Source: Octopus sinensis (Eukaryota). Taken from it: a stretch of 64,000 bases of DNA. The position numbers and the translations under genes are program-made. The DNA lies in NCBI RefSeq assembly GCF_006345805.1, contig NC_043002.1, positions 77,500,001 to 77,564,000 on the forward strand. Direction: 5' to 3'. Every line of letters starts with the position of its first letter. Positions within the stretch are counted from its first letter, which is position 1. Positions 37,965 to 52,176 of the stretch are shown piece by piece. Below the pieces are notes generated by a model. It searched no databases and was not told where the DNA came from. It saw only the letters and a program-made list of their open reading frames with translations.

Positions 37965-39831
37965 AATCAAACATATTCAGGCAAGCAATGCGATGCATCT
38001 TATCCAGGATCACAGTAAAATGTGTGAATTAATAAAATTTGAATATCCAAACTGATAGCCAATGCTTTCAACTCTGTTACATGAAAGGAAATCATGGACA
38101 CTATATCAAAACAAATAATGAAACTTTCCATTTATTTATTGCAACAACTTGGAGTGATTATAAGGACTCCAGATATGAAACAGAGATAATCATACCACAA
38201 TCCTATAGAATGATAAACCTTCTTCATATTGAAGAGATTTTAATCTCTCACCTTTTTAAGAAAGATGACATTGTTCACCTTGTCAACTGTTGTTCTTTCA
38301 GTTCTTAAATACTAAACATTATTCAAGGAGAATTTGTTTCAGAAATACACAAAAGTTGACCACAATCCTGAAAAATATTTTGAAGACAGTTAGCTAATCA
38401 TTACAAAACATTCTGAAGAAGATGGCAAGCTTTTGACAACTAGTTTCTAACGACAGTCTTATTCATTTACAAATTAGCAACTCGCTATTGCTATTATATG
38501 AACCCTTTTTATATCATATTTCAATTAGCTTTGAAAATAATCGAGAATTTCGAGAAATTTATAAAATAATCCACTTTTTAACTATTTTTAATTAAGATTT
38601 TGTTTGGAGCATAACAAAAGATTCATATATAAAATCATAATAATCTAAATATAACCTACTTAAAGAGACTAATTTTGTTTCAGAGAACCAGGAACGGTCT
38701 TTGATAGATTGGCATCAAAAGAGTTACATTAATAAACAAAAATAAAAGACAAGATTAGCAAAAAATCATATGGACATGAAGCTTTATATTATATGGTTCA
38801 CTACTAAGAACATTTCTGTTATTCTCAAAGCTTTTGATAACCTCCTCTAAGTGCTATCTTAGAATAAACTAATAGCAGCTCCATTATTCCTTATTCCATT
38901 TATTTCTCAGACTATTTTAGAAGCTTATAACTGCAATGTTAGCATATTTTACTACTACATCTTGAATACAATGATTGATTGCCATGTAGCTAAATTCCAT
39001 ACATGTTCTCTTACGTAAGATAATTTCTGAGTCAAGACATTCTACAGATATAGTTAGAAATGCAATATAAAACACAGATGGTTGAATAAAGAAGATATTA
39101 GACAAACAGCCAAGATGTCAGCACCTCATATCCTATTACCATCACCGCAATGTCTAAGACTAAAACATATGACTACTAATGATGGAATCCAAACTAGTTC
39201 TAAGTCAACATCACAGAGCAGCATAATTCACCATTATAAGCAGTGGCAGAGTTATGTGATTGATGAGTGTTTCATTAGTTCATACAGATACATTCAAGTG
39301 CCCTTATGGACTTGAAGAATGAAATGAGAAACCACATCTCTGTATTTTTATATTGAATCACCAAATGGAAACAAACACTTCAGAGATACAATAGTATAAC
39401 AGAAGTAGAAAAAATATTTTGGGGAACTGTACATGGGCCCAAGTGTGGCTGTGGAATTAAGAAGTTTGCTTCACGACCAAATGGTTTCAGGTTCTGTCTC
39501 GTAATGTGGCACCTTGAGCAAGTATTTTGTACTACATACCTCAGCTGACAAAAGCTTTTGTCAATGGATTTGATAGAGGGAAATTGAAAAAGCCCATTCA
39601 CACATGTGTATACACACACACACATGCATGCATGCATGCACACACACATAAATAGTGTGTATGTATGTAAGCATATTAATCAAAGTGTACAGTATTATAT
39701 ATCTATTACACCCAATCTTACCAATTAGTTTTGCATATACATATATATATATATATACATACATATATATATACATACATATATATATATACATACATAT
39801 ATATATACATGTATGTATGTATGTATGTATG

Positions 39832-39862
<31 letters not shown>

Positions 39863-40873
39863 GTATGTATGTATGTGAATTTATATGTTTGTGTCTCCCT
39901 GTTTTGAAATCATGTGATATTTGTGAATGAATGTCATTCATTTTCAGAATTCTGTGTAAACATGTCTGGTCATGGGGAAAATATTACCTTTCTTGCAAAC
40001 AGGCGAGTGTTGGTGACAAGAAAAGCATCCAGTCAAAGAAAATCAGCCTCAATAAACTCTGTACAAGCCATGCAAACTTGGTAAACTAACTGGATGTTAA
40101 TATGATGGTGGCAATGATGATGATGATGATGATGATGATAATGATAATGATGATGACGATACATCAAACAATGAATTAATTATTATTAACATTGATTCAC
40201 TGATAAATAACAATTTCCTAAAATTAAAAAAAAAAAACTTTTTAAAAGATTTAAGAGGAAACCCAAAGAATCTAGTGAATGGTATGTATTGCCAAAAATA
40301 GTTGATAAAATTTGTTACATAAGATAAATTCATTATGGCTTTGCTCTTTCATTTTACTGTCAGAATAATTAAACAGGCTACATTCTAAGATTTCTGGCTA
40401 GACATAATACTTATTAAAGTACAATCCTTTTGATTAGACCTGTGCTTTAAATATCAACTCTCCTCTATGCATTACACGAAATTTTACTTTATAGCTCAAA
40501 ACAGGGAACCTTCAAAGTAGCTATTCAACCTGCTAGAAATAGCAGCCAAATTTTCTTCCAACCAGATCCGTCATCTTAAACAGAGCAAGACATGCTGGAT
40601 AACAATGCTGGATATATCAACATCATTATCCTTTAACACCTGCTGTTGATCATAAGTCAGTTTGTTCAAGGCTAACAAAGAGCTAAACGATAACAACAAC
40701 AACAACAACTTGTCTTATTTGGCAAATTTTACTAAATGACAACTTGATTTAGTTAGAAAAATTATTGATGGCAGAATAAACAGCTTTCAATAGACACTTA
40801 AAAACTAGTTTCAGTTAATATGATGATGGTGATGGTGCCACGTAAAAAACACTAAGTATACCCTGTAAAGTGT

Positions 40874-41134
40874 GGAGGCATGTGGCTTAGTGGTTAGGGT
40901 GTCAGCACCATGATCGTAAGATTGAGGTTTTGATTCCTGGACCGGGTGACGCATTGTGTTCTTGAGCAAAACACTTCATTTCACGTTGCTCCAGTCCACT
41001 CATCTGGCAAAAATGAGTAATGCTGCGATGGACTGGCGTCCCATCCAGCTGGGGAACACATACGCCATAGAAACCGGAAAACCGGGCCCATGAGCCTGGC
41101 TAGGTTTTAAAAGGGTGCATTTATTTTATTTATT
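40874..41134 (+). mobile_element. tRNA-derived SINE family C (V-domain-like)
   Basis: A box TGGCTTAGTGG and B box GGTTTTGATTCC; GCGATGGACTGGCGTCCCATCCAG resembles the V-SINE core as I recall it. Confidence 0.65.
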
Positions 41135-43549
41135 ATACCCGGTAAAGTGGTTGGTGTTAGGAAGGGCACCCAACTATAGAAACAAAGCCGACACAGACTA
41201 TGGATCATGGTGTGGCCCCTGGCCTTGCCAGTTCCTGTCAAGCCATCCAACCCATGCCAGCATGAGAAATGGACATTAAATGTTGACGATGATGATGTTG
41301 GGACAGGTAATGAAAAAGAAACAATGATTTTCATGCAAATTACTTTGTAACATTCCTATTATTAAGGAGTGGTCATCTAACAGCTGGGTTTTCATTCCCA
41401 AGAAAGAAATAACTCTGCATTCAACAATGGCCTGTGAATATGGAAATGAGAAAGTTTTCCTTTTCTTTTGTTTCATATAAATAAACAACTATGTTTATGG
41501 AGCAGTTAATGAGGAGAAAATAACAAGAGACAACAAACAAGCACAAAAGACATAAAAAAGAAAAACATAGTCAAGCATTATACATGCACACATGTCTGTA
41601 TGATTAAGAGGCTTGCCATGCGATCACATGGCTTCATGTTCAGTCCCACTGCGTGGCACTTTAGGCAAGTTCTTCCACTATAACTCTAAGCTGAGCAATG
41701 CTTTATGAGTGAATAAAATTAGTATTAGACTTAAAAAGTAAGTACTGGGGTCAATTTGTTTAACTAAACCCTTGAAGGTTTGTGCCCCAACTTGGCTGCA
41801 GTTGAATAACTGAAACAAGTGAAAGGTAAACAAAAATACAAATATACGGTGGTGGCGGCAGTGGGAGTAGTGATGATGATTATGTTGGTGGTGGTGCTAA
41901 TGATGATTATAATGATCATGATGATGATTATGGTAGTGGTGGTGGTGGTGTTTATAGTGAATTTCTGTATATTTTTTTCTCTGTAGCATAAAAAAAAAAT
42001 TAAATTAATGACTTAGTATTTTTATTTTACTAAACAAGAATTAACCACAGCAACCTCCAAAGAGTCATCGACTAGACACAGTAATAAATGACCACAAAAA
42101 TGCAGAGCAACACATCCATTAACTCATTTTTTTTTTCTTTTTTCCAATAACTTTTTGTATATGATCTTGATGTAGAAACTAAAACTGTTAACATGATCCC
42201 ATTTAGCAATAACAAACAACTCATAATCAAAAGATGGCAGTGCTCCAGTGTTCCAAAATAACCAAACAGCTGAAGGAACAAAAGACACGTGATTTTGTAT
42301 AATAGTTACCCACTCACTTTTGTATAAACACAATCATATACTATTGTTATCAAATCATAATGTTATCATAGTTTGATGTAATCAAATATTGATGATACCA
42401 AATCTTCATATCCAGTCTTTCTTCCACCTCATCCAAATATGACTTATTTCCTATCTCAATCTAGCAGCTACAGACTCATTGATTTTGGAAGTTGAATGAC
42501 GAAAATAAATCCAAATTTATACTATTATTATCACTATTAAATATGCTTAATATAATCTTTGAAAATAAGGCAGCAAGCTAGTAGAATCATTTGTACACCA
42601 AGCAAAATGCTTAATGGTATTTCATCTGTCCTTATGCTCTGAGTTCAAATGCTGCCAGGGTTGACTTTGCCTTTCATCCTTTTGGGATCATAAAATAAAT
42701 ACCAGCAGAATATTGAGGCTGATGTAATTGACTTGCTCCTTCCCCACTCCTTGAAATTGCTGGCATTGTGCCATAATTTGAAACCAGTATGGTTTCTTTG
42801 GAAAGGCAGTGATCTGGCAGAACTGTGAGAGCACTGGACAAAATTCTTAATGGCATTTCTTGTAGCTCTTTACATTCTGAGTTCAAATTCCACTGAGGTT
42901 GACTTTGACTTTCATCTTTTTGTGGTCAATAAAACAAGCACCAGTTGAGCACTGGTTTCAATGTAATTGACTATCCTCCTACCCCAATATTTCAGGCCTT
43001 GTGCCTATAACAGAAAAAGATCATAAACTTTGTAATGTGGTAGATGTAAAATTGATGTGTTTGTCATAGAGTAGACATAAGTTCTATATGAGACAAATCT
43101 AGCATCTAGTTTTGCTTCAAAGATGAAGCCATTTTATTCTCCTGAAATGGTATGAATATTTTTTTTAATTCTTTTATCCTTTTATTCACTTTCTAGTTTC
43201 AATCATTAGGCTATCACAATCCTAGAACATGACCTTCAAGGGTTTAGTCAATTATGACCACTCCTGTACATATTTCAGTCAGTCTGTCAAATTCCACTAC
43301 CAAGAAATTGGTCAACCTGAGAATATAGTCAAACACACTTTCCCAAAGTTCCACATAGTGTACTGTTACATGTTACAGAACATCATTCTTCCTCTGTTAT
43401 AAATCTGAAGCCTTGACAGTCGTACAAGAAAATAACATTGAAGTAGGCTAGACATGAAAAAAGATGAGCATAAAAAATTGAAACAAAATCCAGAATCTGA
43501 AGAAACTAAAAATGGTTACATTGCCCAAAAAAAAAAATATATATATATA

Positions 43550-43955
43550 GGCACAGGAGTGGCAGCTTATCAACCACATGGATCTGGGTTCAGTCCCACT
43601 GTGTGGCATCTTGGGCAAGTGTCTTCTGCTATAGCCTTGGGCCAACCAAAGCCTTGTGAGTGGATTTGGTAGACGGAAACTGAAAGAAGCCCGTCGTATA
43701 TACATATCTATATATATATATATATGTATGTATATATTTGTGTGTGTGTGTGTCTGTGTTTGTGCCCCCCACCATCGCTTGACAACTGATGCTGGTGCGT
43801 TTACATCTCTGTAACTTAGCAGTTCAGCAAAAGACACAGATAGAATAAGTACTAGGCTTACAAAGAATAAGTCCTGGGGTCAATTTGTTCAACTAAAGGC
43901 AGTGCTCCAGCATGGCTGTAGTCAAATGACTGAAACAAGTAAAAGAATAAAAAGA
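43550..43955 (+). mobile_element. SINE family A, full length
   Basis: Same structure as the other family A copies. Confidence 0.9.
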
Positions 43956-43978
43956 ACTTAATATTATTCATGAAATAA

Positions 43979-44200
43979 AGGTGGTGAGCTGGCAGAATCA
44001 TTAGCACACCAGGCAAAATGCTTAGCAACATTTTGTTTGTTTTTATGTTCTGAGCTCAACTTCTGCAAAGGTTGATTTTGCCTTTCATCCTTTTGAGTTC
44101 AATAAAATAAGTAGCAGTTATGCACTGGGGTCGATTTAATCAACTTACCCTCTCCCCCAAAATTTCTGGCCTTGTGTCAAAATGTGAAACCAATATTATT
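43979..44200 (+). mobile_element. SINE family B
   Basis: Matches 28947-29187. Confidence 0.8.
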
Positions 44201-45135
44201 CATGGAATAAGGTTTGTAGGTCTTGAAGTGAGTAAGTATGTTTAGGGTTGGGTCCTTATTTGAAGAAATGAGAAATATGCTGAAAAGTTAAGAATGACAT
44301 TAAGAAATGTAAAACAATATGGTACACAGTGAAGTGCATGGCCAAATTGGTGCATCATAGATTTACCCATAGACTTGGGCCACAAAACATGGGTGAGTGC
44401 AACATACTTGGAAGAAGTCTGCAGAGATATTTGTGTTTTTCAGAAAACCAAAGTAACATTTATGTTTCTTCAAAGAAGTGTTAGAGAAGACTGGCTGGTG
44501 TGTGCTCCTTCAACTAAAGAAGCATGTTAAGGAAATAAGTGCCTGATCTTTAAGCCCAAGAACAGGTTAAAGATGCAAGCAAATCTGGTGCACCACTCAC
44601 CTACTCACAGGCTAGGGCTATTGTAATTGGAGATGAAGTACAAAAGTGATGACCAGAGACATTTTTATAGATGTTAAACCTTCATCTTTGTAACACAGTG
44701 CAGGTAGCAGGTGAGTATAGGTGCGTCATGTGACAACATGTGGTTTGATTGCCAAAAATCACAAGGCTATTTTGGAGCTGTACTTGGTAGACATGACAAG
44801 AAAGTTAATCAGACAGGTGATATAGAACAGAACGTCCAGTCACTATGTACATGAGACTGAAAGCCACTTGAGAGCCTTCTGCCTGGTAAAGGAGAGGAAA
44901 CGAAGGAGGTAAAAGGGAAGACAACAGCAAAGGAAGCAGCAGCAACAAGAGCAGTTTCCAGAGAATGAGAATCATGGTTGTCTTCGTTTCCAAGGCAACA
45001 TCTGTTACAACTCTGAGGATAGCCAGAGTGAACGAAATTTCTTCATCCACAGCATCAGAAGGCTGACAGAGCACCAAACATAGAGCTTGCCGGAGGCCAT
45101 AGGCGGCAGTGAGAGATGGAAATAATAGCAGTCTA

Positions 45136-45680
45136 TGAGGATGAGCCAAAAAGTTCATAGGCTGACTATGAAGGAGTGATGCTAGAGCTGTGAAATCTTG
45201 CATGCATTGATTTTGACTCTTCTTATTAATGACTGTATTGTTTCTTTCCAGATAAAATCACATCTGACTGTTCAAAGAAGACTTCAAAAGTAACTAGTAG
45301 CAAATTTCAACTTCTCTTGAAAGTGAACAAAATTTGGCTTCGTGGTGTTATCAAATACCTGCAGAAAAAGAGTTTAACCCCCAAAGACATTCATGCTGAC
45401 ATGGTTGCTAAATTAAGGGATGATGCTTCAGCTTTATCAACAATGCAAAAGTGGGCAACTGAATTTAGGAGGGGTATGGAGAGTCTTGAAGATGACTCGA
45501 TGTCTGGCAGTCTTTCAACTGCCATCACCAAGAAAAACATTGAATGTGTTCACCAGATGGTAATGGAAGAGAAGTGATTGGCTATAAATCAAATAGCCAA
45601 TGCTATTAGCATATGGGGAAGTTGAGAATATTCTACACAATGAATTTGGTGTAATGAAGTTCTCTGCTTGGTAGGTACCA
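45136..45680 (+). mobile_element. mariner 5' fragment (third family)
   Basis: TA followed by a TGAGG-type TIR; N-terminal HTH peptide RGVIKYLQKKSLTPKDIHADM..QKWATEFRRG.ESLEDD..SG. Confidence 0.85.
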
Positions 45681-45892
45681 TGTCTTCTTATAGTTGAGCT
45701 GCCAAAATGATGTGGGGATGTTTCTTGCTTAGTCCAGCAATGAAGATGGCTCAGAGGTAATGTCAGAAATGCCATATTGCAGTGTCCAGAGCAGAAGCTG
45801 ACCAGAATCACCGTGTGTCTTCATCCAACCTTGCTGGATAGTTTCTAACCCATATGTGAGTGAATAGGCATCATCTGTTTTTATTCACATCT

Positions 45893-45893
45893 A

Positions 45894-45971
<78 letters not shown>

Positions 45972-46024
45972 GCTAGCTAGCTAGCTAGCTAGCTATCTAT
46001 CTATCTCTCTCTCTCTATATATAT
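45893..46024. repeat. (TCTA)n/(TAGC)n microsatellite
   Basis: Read directly from the sequence. Confidence 0.97.
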
Positions 46025-46027
46025 ATA

Positions 46028-46595
46028 ATCATCATCATCATCATCATCATGGTTTAATGTCCGTTTTCCATGCTGGCATGGGTTGGACAAGTTGATTGAG
46101 GACTGGCGAACCAGATGGCTGCACCAGGCTCCAATCTGATCTGGCAGAGTTTCTACAGCTGGATGCCCTTCCTAGTGCCAACCACTCCAAGAGTGTAGTG
46201 GGTGCTTTTACGTGTCCCCAGCACGAGGATCAGTCAGGCGGTACTGGCAACAGCCACGCTCAAATGGTGCTTTTTCATGTGCCACTGGCACAAGTGCCAG
46301 TAAGGCAATGCTGGTAACAATCATGCTCGAATGGTGCTTTTTACATGCCACCGGCACAGAAACCAGTCAGCTGCTCTGGCAACGATCATGCTCAGATGGT
46401 GTTCTTAGCATTCCACTAGCATGGATGCCAGTCATGCAGTGTTGTCATCAAATTTGATTTTGATTTCAATTTCACTTGCCTCAACAGGTCTTTGCAAGCA
46501 GAGTTTAGTATCCAATGAAGGAAAGGCACACATAAGTGGGCTGGTTACACCCCTGGCATAGGCCACAGGTTATGGTCTCACTTGGTTTGCCGGAT
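46028..46595 (-). mobile_element. RTE 3' end (end of ORF plus UTR)
   Basis: Reverse complement of 53915-54693-type sequence with (ATC)n tail. Confidence 0.85.
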
Positions 46596-46958
46596 CTTCT
46601 CATCACTGGGCCTCATGGAGACAATAACAAAGACTTTTGGCATTATATCGTGCTTGAGAAGAAGATCCAAGCAAAATCACAGTTGTGGTAGATATCGGTG
46701 TCATGTAAATTGGCACCTGTGCTGGTGGCACATGAATGCACCCTGGTGTTACACAAATGGCACCCGTGCTGGTAGCACATAAAAGCACCCATTACACTCT
46801 TGGAGTGGTTGGCATTAGGAAAGGCATCCAGCCATAGAAAATCATGCCAAATCAGACTGAAGTTTGGTGCAGCCTTCCAGCATGCCAGCCCAGTCAAACC
46901 GTCCAACCTATGCCAGCATGGACAACAGATGTTAAATAATGATGACGCTGATGATGAT
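46596..46958 (+). mobile_element. RTE-type 3' end
   Basis: AAAAGCACCCATTACACTCTTGGAGTGG block and (GAT)n tail. Confidence 0.8.
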
Positions 46959-47164
46959 ATATATATCTATATATATTTTATTTATATGTATTTATTTATT
47001 ACATTTAGATTTTTAATGTTTTCATATATATTGTACTTTTAATGTGTTCGTTCCTTATATGTGTGTTGTGTGTGTGGCGAGGTACATCTCACATATCAAG
47101 TATGTCCTTTTATGACGTATATTGCGTTCTCTGAATAAGTCCTTATGGCAAATGAAGAGAAAGA

Positions 47165-47252
47165 ATAGTTATTATTATTATTATCATTATTATTATTATC
47201 ATTATCATTATTATTATCATCATTCTTCTTCTTCTTCTTCTTCTTCTTCTTA

Positions 47253-47312
<60 letters not shown>
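47165..47312. repeat. (ATT)/(ATC)/(TTC) compound microsatellite
   Basis: Read directly from the sequence. Confidence 0.97.
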
Positions 47313-47313
<1 letters not shown>

Positions 47314-47704
47314 GAAAGAATCTATAATTTTCGTATGACATGAGCCATAGAAACAACCAAATAGATTCAGTCTGTTTCAACCAAGTTGTTGATATGCAGT
47401 CGATTGCTTCAATTTCATTACTGTTGTGAATAAGATAAATCAAAGAAAAATTGTCAGGCTGGAATGAAATCACATCCTATATGAAGCAAAAGTCTATAAA
47501 AGAAATTGTATTAATCTCCAATACTTGCTGCTCAGCTGACCCACCAAATTCAATATAATCAAGAAGCAGGAAGAGAACATTTTTTTAAAAATACAAAGTA
47601 ACAAAAACTAACAAGAGGAAATGCCTCAAGAACAATGTCTACAGACTTCTTGTTATAAAACTAAATAATTTGACCTGACAGATCGATTTTATATCTAGAT
47701 ACCT

Positions 47705-47911
47705 ATATGTATATATGTGTACACACACACACACACACACAACACACACACATGTGTGTATGTGTGTGTATTTATATATGTATATATGTACGTATGTGTT
47801 TGTGTATGTATGTATGTATGCATCTATCTATATCTATATCTATTCTATCCATATATATATACTTACATGAATATACAGAAATACATACACACACATATAT
47901 ATACATATATA

Positions 47912-47961
<50 letters not shown>

Positions 47962-48124
47962 TATATACATATATATATATACATATGTATACATATGCAT
48001 ATATATACACAAATATATATGTACATGCATAAATACATATGTACATAAATATATATTTATATATATATACACACATATATACATATATGTATATATATAT
48101 ATATGCATATATATATACACATTC

Positions 48125-48161
<37 letters not shown>

Positions 48162-48260
48162 ATATACACATACATGTATGTATGTATATATGTATGTATG
48201 TATGTAGTATGTATGTATGTATGTATGTATGTATGTATGTATGTATGTATGTATGTATGT
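47705..48260. repeat. (TA)/(CA)/(TATG) compound microsatellite
   Basis: Read directly from the sequence. Confidence 0.97.
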
Positions 48261-48689
48261 AGTGCTACTTTCCTTTCTGCCAGGAGTAATATTACATGGT
48301 AAACTGACTGACAAAAATATTTAGTTTTAGGTGGCACAGTGTCGTCCCTTGATAAATATTTTTCTATTTGATTAAAATTTTATCTTTCAGTTCTCAAAAA
48401 TAATAAAATTATGAATGAAAATTTCTTAACTCTTTGAACACTGCAAGCAGCAATTTCCAAATAGATTTTGTATATATTTAGTCTAAATAAGAAAGAGAAT
48501 GGATGAAATCTTTTTCAAACCTACCATACTGCTGATGTCAATACCATAAAAGTTCTTCTTAAACTTTTGTCTGAAGATCAAAAATGTCTTCCTGAGAGTT
48601 GCAGTTTTAGGAAGGGCCACTGGTACCACCACTATTGCTAGCACCACTACCAGTATCATTGTCACCAAGTTCACTTTTCTTTTCTATGT

Positions 48690-49270
48690 CCGTATGGTTT
48701 GGGCGAATCAAATTCAATGCAGCATCTCTCTACTTGTCACAGACTTTCGTCTTCACCTTTGTGAAGGCCGAAATCTTGAGTTCAGACCTCACTCCATATT
48801 TTGGTCTTCTACTTCTGCAAGCTCTGTCCATTTCAGCAGGTTCTTCCTACTTCCATAGGCTAACCTTTGTTTCATTCAGCTATCATACTTCACATGTATC
48901 ACATTTCTGTACTAGTACACTCTTCTAAAAACAGCAGATATCTCTGTAATGCTCAGTTTTTCACTCAGCACATTTGGGCCCAGTTATTTATGCATGCTTT
49001 AATCATACATTATGCAAAACATGCTTACTGCTCCTTCCTCTACATTTAGCACCCATGTCTCACAACCATGTTATATCACACTTCATTTACTGTCACATAC
49101 AGTTCGCTCTTTATACAAAGAGAATAGCTCTTTGTTACCAATAGAAGCCATAGCTTCCTGGACATTTTATCTCTACCCCCATCCTTATTCTGGGTACTAT
49201 GCTTTTGTAACACCCACCTCTACTGCTGATTTGATCACCCAAGTAACAGAAGCTTTCAGTTTTCTTTAAT
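48690..49270 (-). mobile_element. Highly degenerate RTE ORF 3' fragment
   Basis: 49105-49165 aligns by eye to the RTE at 1080-1145. Confidence 0.55.
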
Positions 49271-49659
49271 AAGTCTTCCAGACAGTTGAAAGACTTTTTT
49301 CAGTGCTTTTACTGCTAACTATTCCTGAGCTTATATTACTTATGAAATAACGCTTGATTGTCAGCTTATGTGAGATTATTATTGCATCTTTTATGTAATA
49401 TCTCAGTAATAATATCTTATGTAATATCTCAGTAATAATATCTTGGTAATATTGTTTTGTATTTGGGTACACAAATATAATATGAAAGTGTTTACCACAG
49501 GTGTGAGCATGGCTGTGTGGTTGAGAAGCTTGCTTTTCAAATATATCTTCTTACACCTAGTCTCATTGTGTGGCACCTTAGGCAAGTGTCTTCTACAATA
49601 GCTCCAGGCTGACCTAAACCTTGAGAGTGGTTTCATACTCTGTAACTGAAAGAAGCTTG

Positions 49660-49692
<33 letters not shown>

Positions 49693-49965
49693 CGTGTGTG
49701 TGTGTGTGTGTGTGTGTGTTGTGTGTCTGTATTGTGTGTATGTTTTATGTTTGACCCCACTGCTGCTTGACAAGTGCTGTTGGTTTGTTAACATCCCTGT
49801 AACTTAGTGGTTTGGCAAAAGACCCCAACAGAATAAGTACCAGGCCTTAAAAAATAACTGCTGAGGGTGACTTATTCAACTAAATCCTTCAATGCAGTGC
49901 CCCAACATGGATGCAGTTCAGTGAAGAAAACAAGTAGTCTCATTTACGTGAGCAGTACTCTTACA

Positions 49966-50140
49966 CACTAGCGTAGCTAGAGTGTGTGCCACCCATGGCG
50001 GCCCTTCCGCTTGCCACCCCCGAACCCCCCCAGAAAAACAGATATTGCCAACAGCAGACCCAAAAATGTTGCCCCATTAAAAGTGCCACTCAGGGCAGAC
50101 CACCCCGACTGCCCTACCTTCCCTCCTAGCTATGCTAGTG
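49966..50140. mobile_element. 175-bp MITE, probably hAT-type
   Basis: 15-bp TIRs CACTAGCGTAGCTAG / CTAGCTATGCTAGTG (1 mismatch); 8-bp flanks CTCTTACA and CTCTCATA (6/8 match). Confidence 0.75.
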
Positions 50141-51045
50141 CTCTCATATAAACATACAGTGCCTTAACAGAAGGCCTGCAGCTCGTCAGAGTTGAATTAT
50201 TTTCCTGCATTAAAAGGAGGACATCTTAACTTTGAAACATTATTTTGACTATGTAATAGATTTGGTTACTTTGAACAGTCTTCAGAGATTGTGAGGTATA
50301 GTTACTGTTTAGACTATGAAAGTTTCAATTATGTGTTATGTATAAGGAAGGTGTAAAGCCATACAAGCATGTTCCCCTGATACAGTACGAATACAAGCAA
50401 ATAACAGAATAATTCCATGACAGAGTTATAGCATTTCTTTATTCGTATAGGCAAATAAAATACTTTTGTCAGCAACATTCTGCTTGTGAAATGTATCTTG
50501 ACAGATAACTTCTGCAATAAATATTCTAGCAAACTTTGTATAAAACACATGAAACCAGAGTATATAATCTCCGGTTTTAAATAATTAACGCAATAAAATA
50601 TTTTCATTTTACCATGTCTCTACATACAACCAGGTAACAAACAACTAAACCTGATATATTTTTTTAATGAAAATATGTAAAATTAAGCTCCATATAAGAT
50701 GCAGGCGTGGTTGTGCGGTTAAGAAACTTGCTTTACAACTATGCATTTTTGGGTTCCATCCCACAGCACAGTACTTCGCACAAGTATCTTCTACTATAGC
50801 TCAGGGCCAACCAATGCCTTGTGAGTGAATTTAGTAGACAGAAACTGTATCGAAACCCATCATTTGTGTGTGTGCATGTATGAAACGGTTTCAAATTTTG
50901 CCACAAGTCCAGAAAGTTTGAGGTAGGGGTTAAGTTGATTACATCAACCCCAGCACTCAACTGGAACTTATTTTATCAACCCTGAAAGGATGAAAGGCTC
51001 AGCCTTGGCAGAATTTAAACTAAGAACATTAAGACAGACAAAATC

Positions 51046-51104
<59 letters not shown>

Positions 51105-51143
51105 ACTACCACTACCACTACCACCACCACCACCACCACCACC

Positions 51144-51195
<52 letters not shown>

Positions 51196-51204
51196 TTACT
51201 ACTA
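51046..51204. repeat. (TAC)(TGC)(CAC)(TAC) compound trinucleotide tract
   Basis: Read directly from the sequence. Confidence 0.97.
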
Positions 51205-51541
51205 TATATATATATATATCAGTGTGAGTGTGTCTTTGTGTCAGTGCTTGCCACCACACACACACAATCACCACTGCTTGATAACCAGTGTTGGTTTGTT
51301 TATGTCCCTGTAACTAAGGGGTTTGGCAAAAGATATTGACAGAATAACTACCAAAACTTTAAAACAAAACATAATTACTAGTATCAATTTATTCTGCTAA
51401 AATCCTTCAAGGTTGTGTCCCAGCTTGGCCACAGTCTAATGACTCTGTAGTGGCACAAGCAGCCCGTGCCATATTGGATGAGATCTCGTGGCACCCATTG
51501 CCATCTCCAAGACTGGAGCGAGACCTCATCTGCATTCCATT

Positions 51542-52145
51542 TGCCATGTGCGAGATCACACTGAGGCTTGCGATGGAAACTATATAAACGGAAAACCGAT
51601 TCGGACCTGCCTCTTCTTTGGCATCACAACACAGCAGCACTGGCTGAACAACACCACTGGCTATGGCTTTCTGCCTGACTATCTCCAGAGGCAATGCGCC
51701 CACACTATCGGAGCTTAAGATGGTAGCTGAGAGCAACACACTGCACCTTTCTTGTAAATAAACCAGCTGTAAATAGCATTTGTGCTTGAAGTTTTTTCTC
51801 TTCGCCTTCCGGAAGCCTGAACTACTTAAAGAACAAGAAGAATGATGGAAGAAGACGATATTCTTCCAATATCATAAACCTTGCCTTTCATTATTAAAAC
51901 TGAAACAAGTAAAACATAAAAGATAAAAGATACATACATACGTACATAAGATAAAGAAGAATTTTGCTTCTCAACCACATGGTTCTGGTTTCAGTCCCAC
52001 TATGTGGCACCTTGGGCAAGTGTCTTCTACTATAGCCTCGAGCTGACCAAAGACTTGTGAGTGGATTTGGTAGACGAAAACTGAAAGAAGACAATTGTAT
52101 ATATGTCTGTATATATAATATATATCATCATCATCATATATAATA

Positions 52146-52176
<31 letters not shown>

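Noticed and set aside
40874-40945. tRNA-like sequences at SINE heads
   Set aside because: They have A/B boxes but no complete cloverleaf, and they run into SINE bodies, so no tRNA gene is called.
44805-45203. 132-aa hydrophobic minus-strand ORF
   Set aside because: Its start lies inside a mariner TIR region; no recognisable family or splice context.
48483-48690. Gly/Ser-rich coding-like stretch (SELGDNDTGSGASNSGGTSGPS) on the minus strand
   Set aside because: Several in-frame stops follow and I cannot assign it to a family.
49966-49970. CACTA start suggesting an En/Spm element
   Set aside because: The flanks fit a degenerate 8-bp TSD better than a 2-3-bp one.
50990-51313. Poly-Y/C/H ORF
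   Set aside because: In-register compound trinucleotide microsatellite between SINE fragments.
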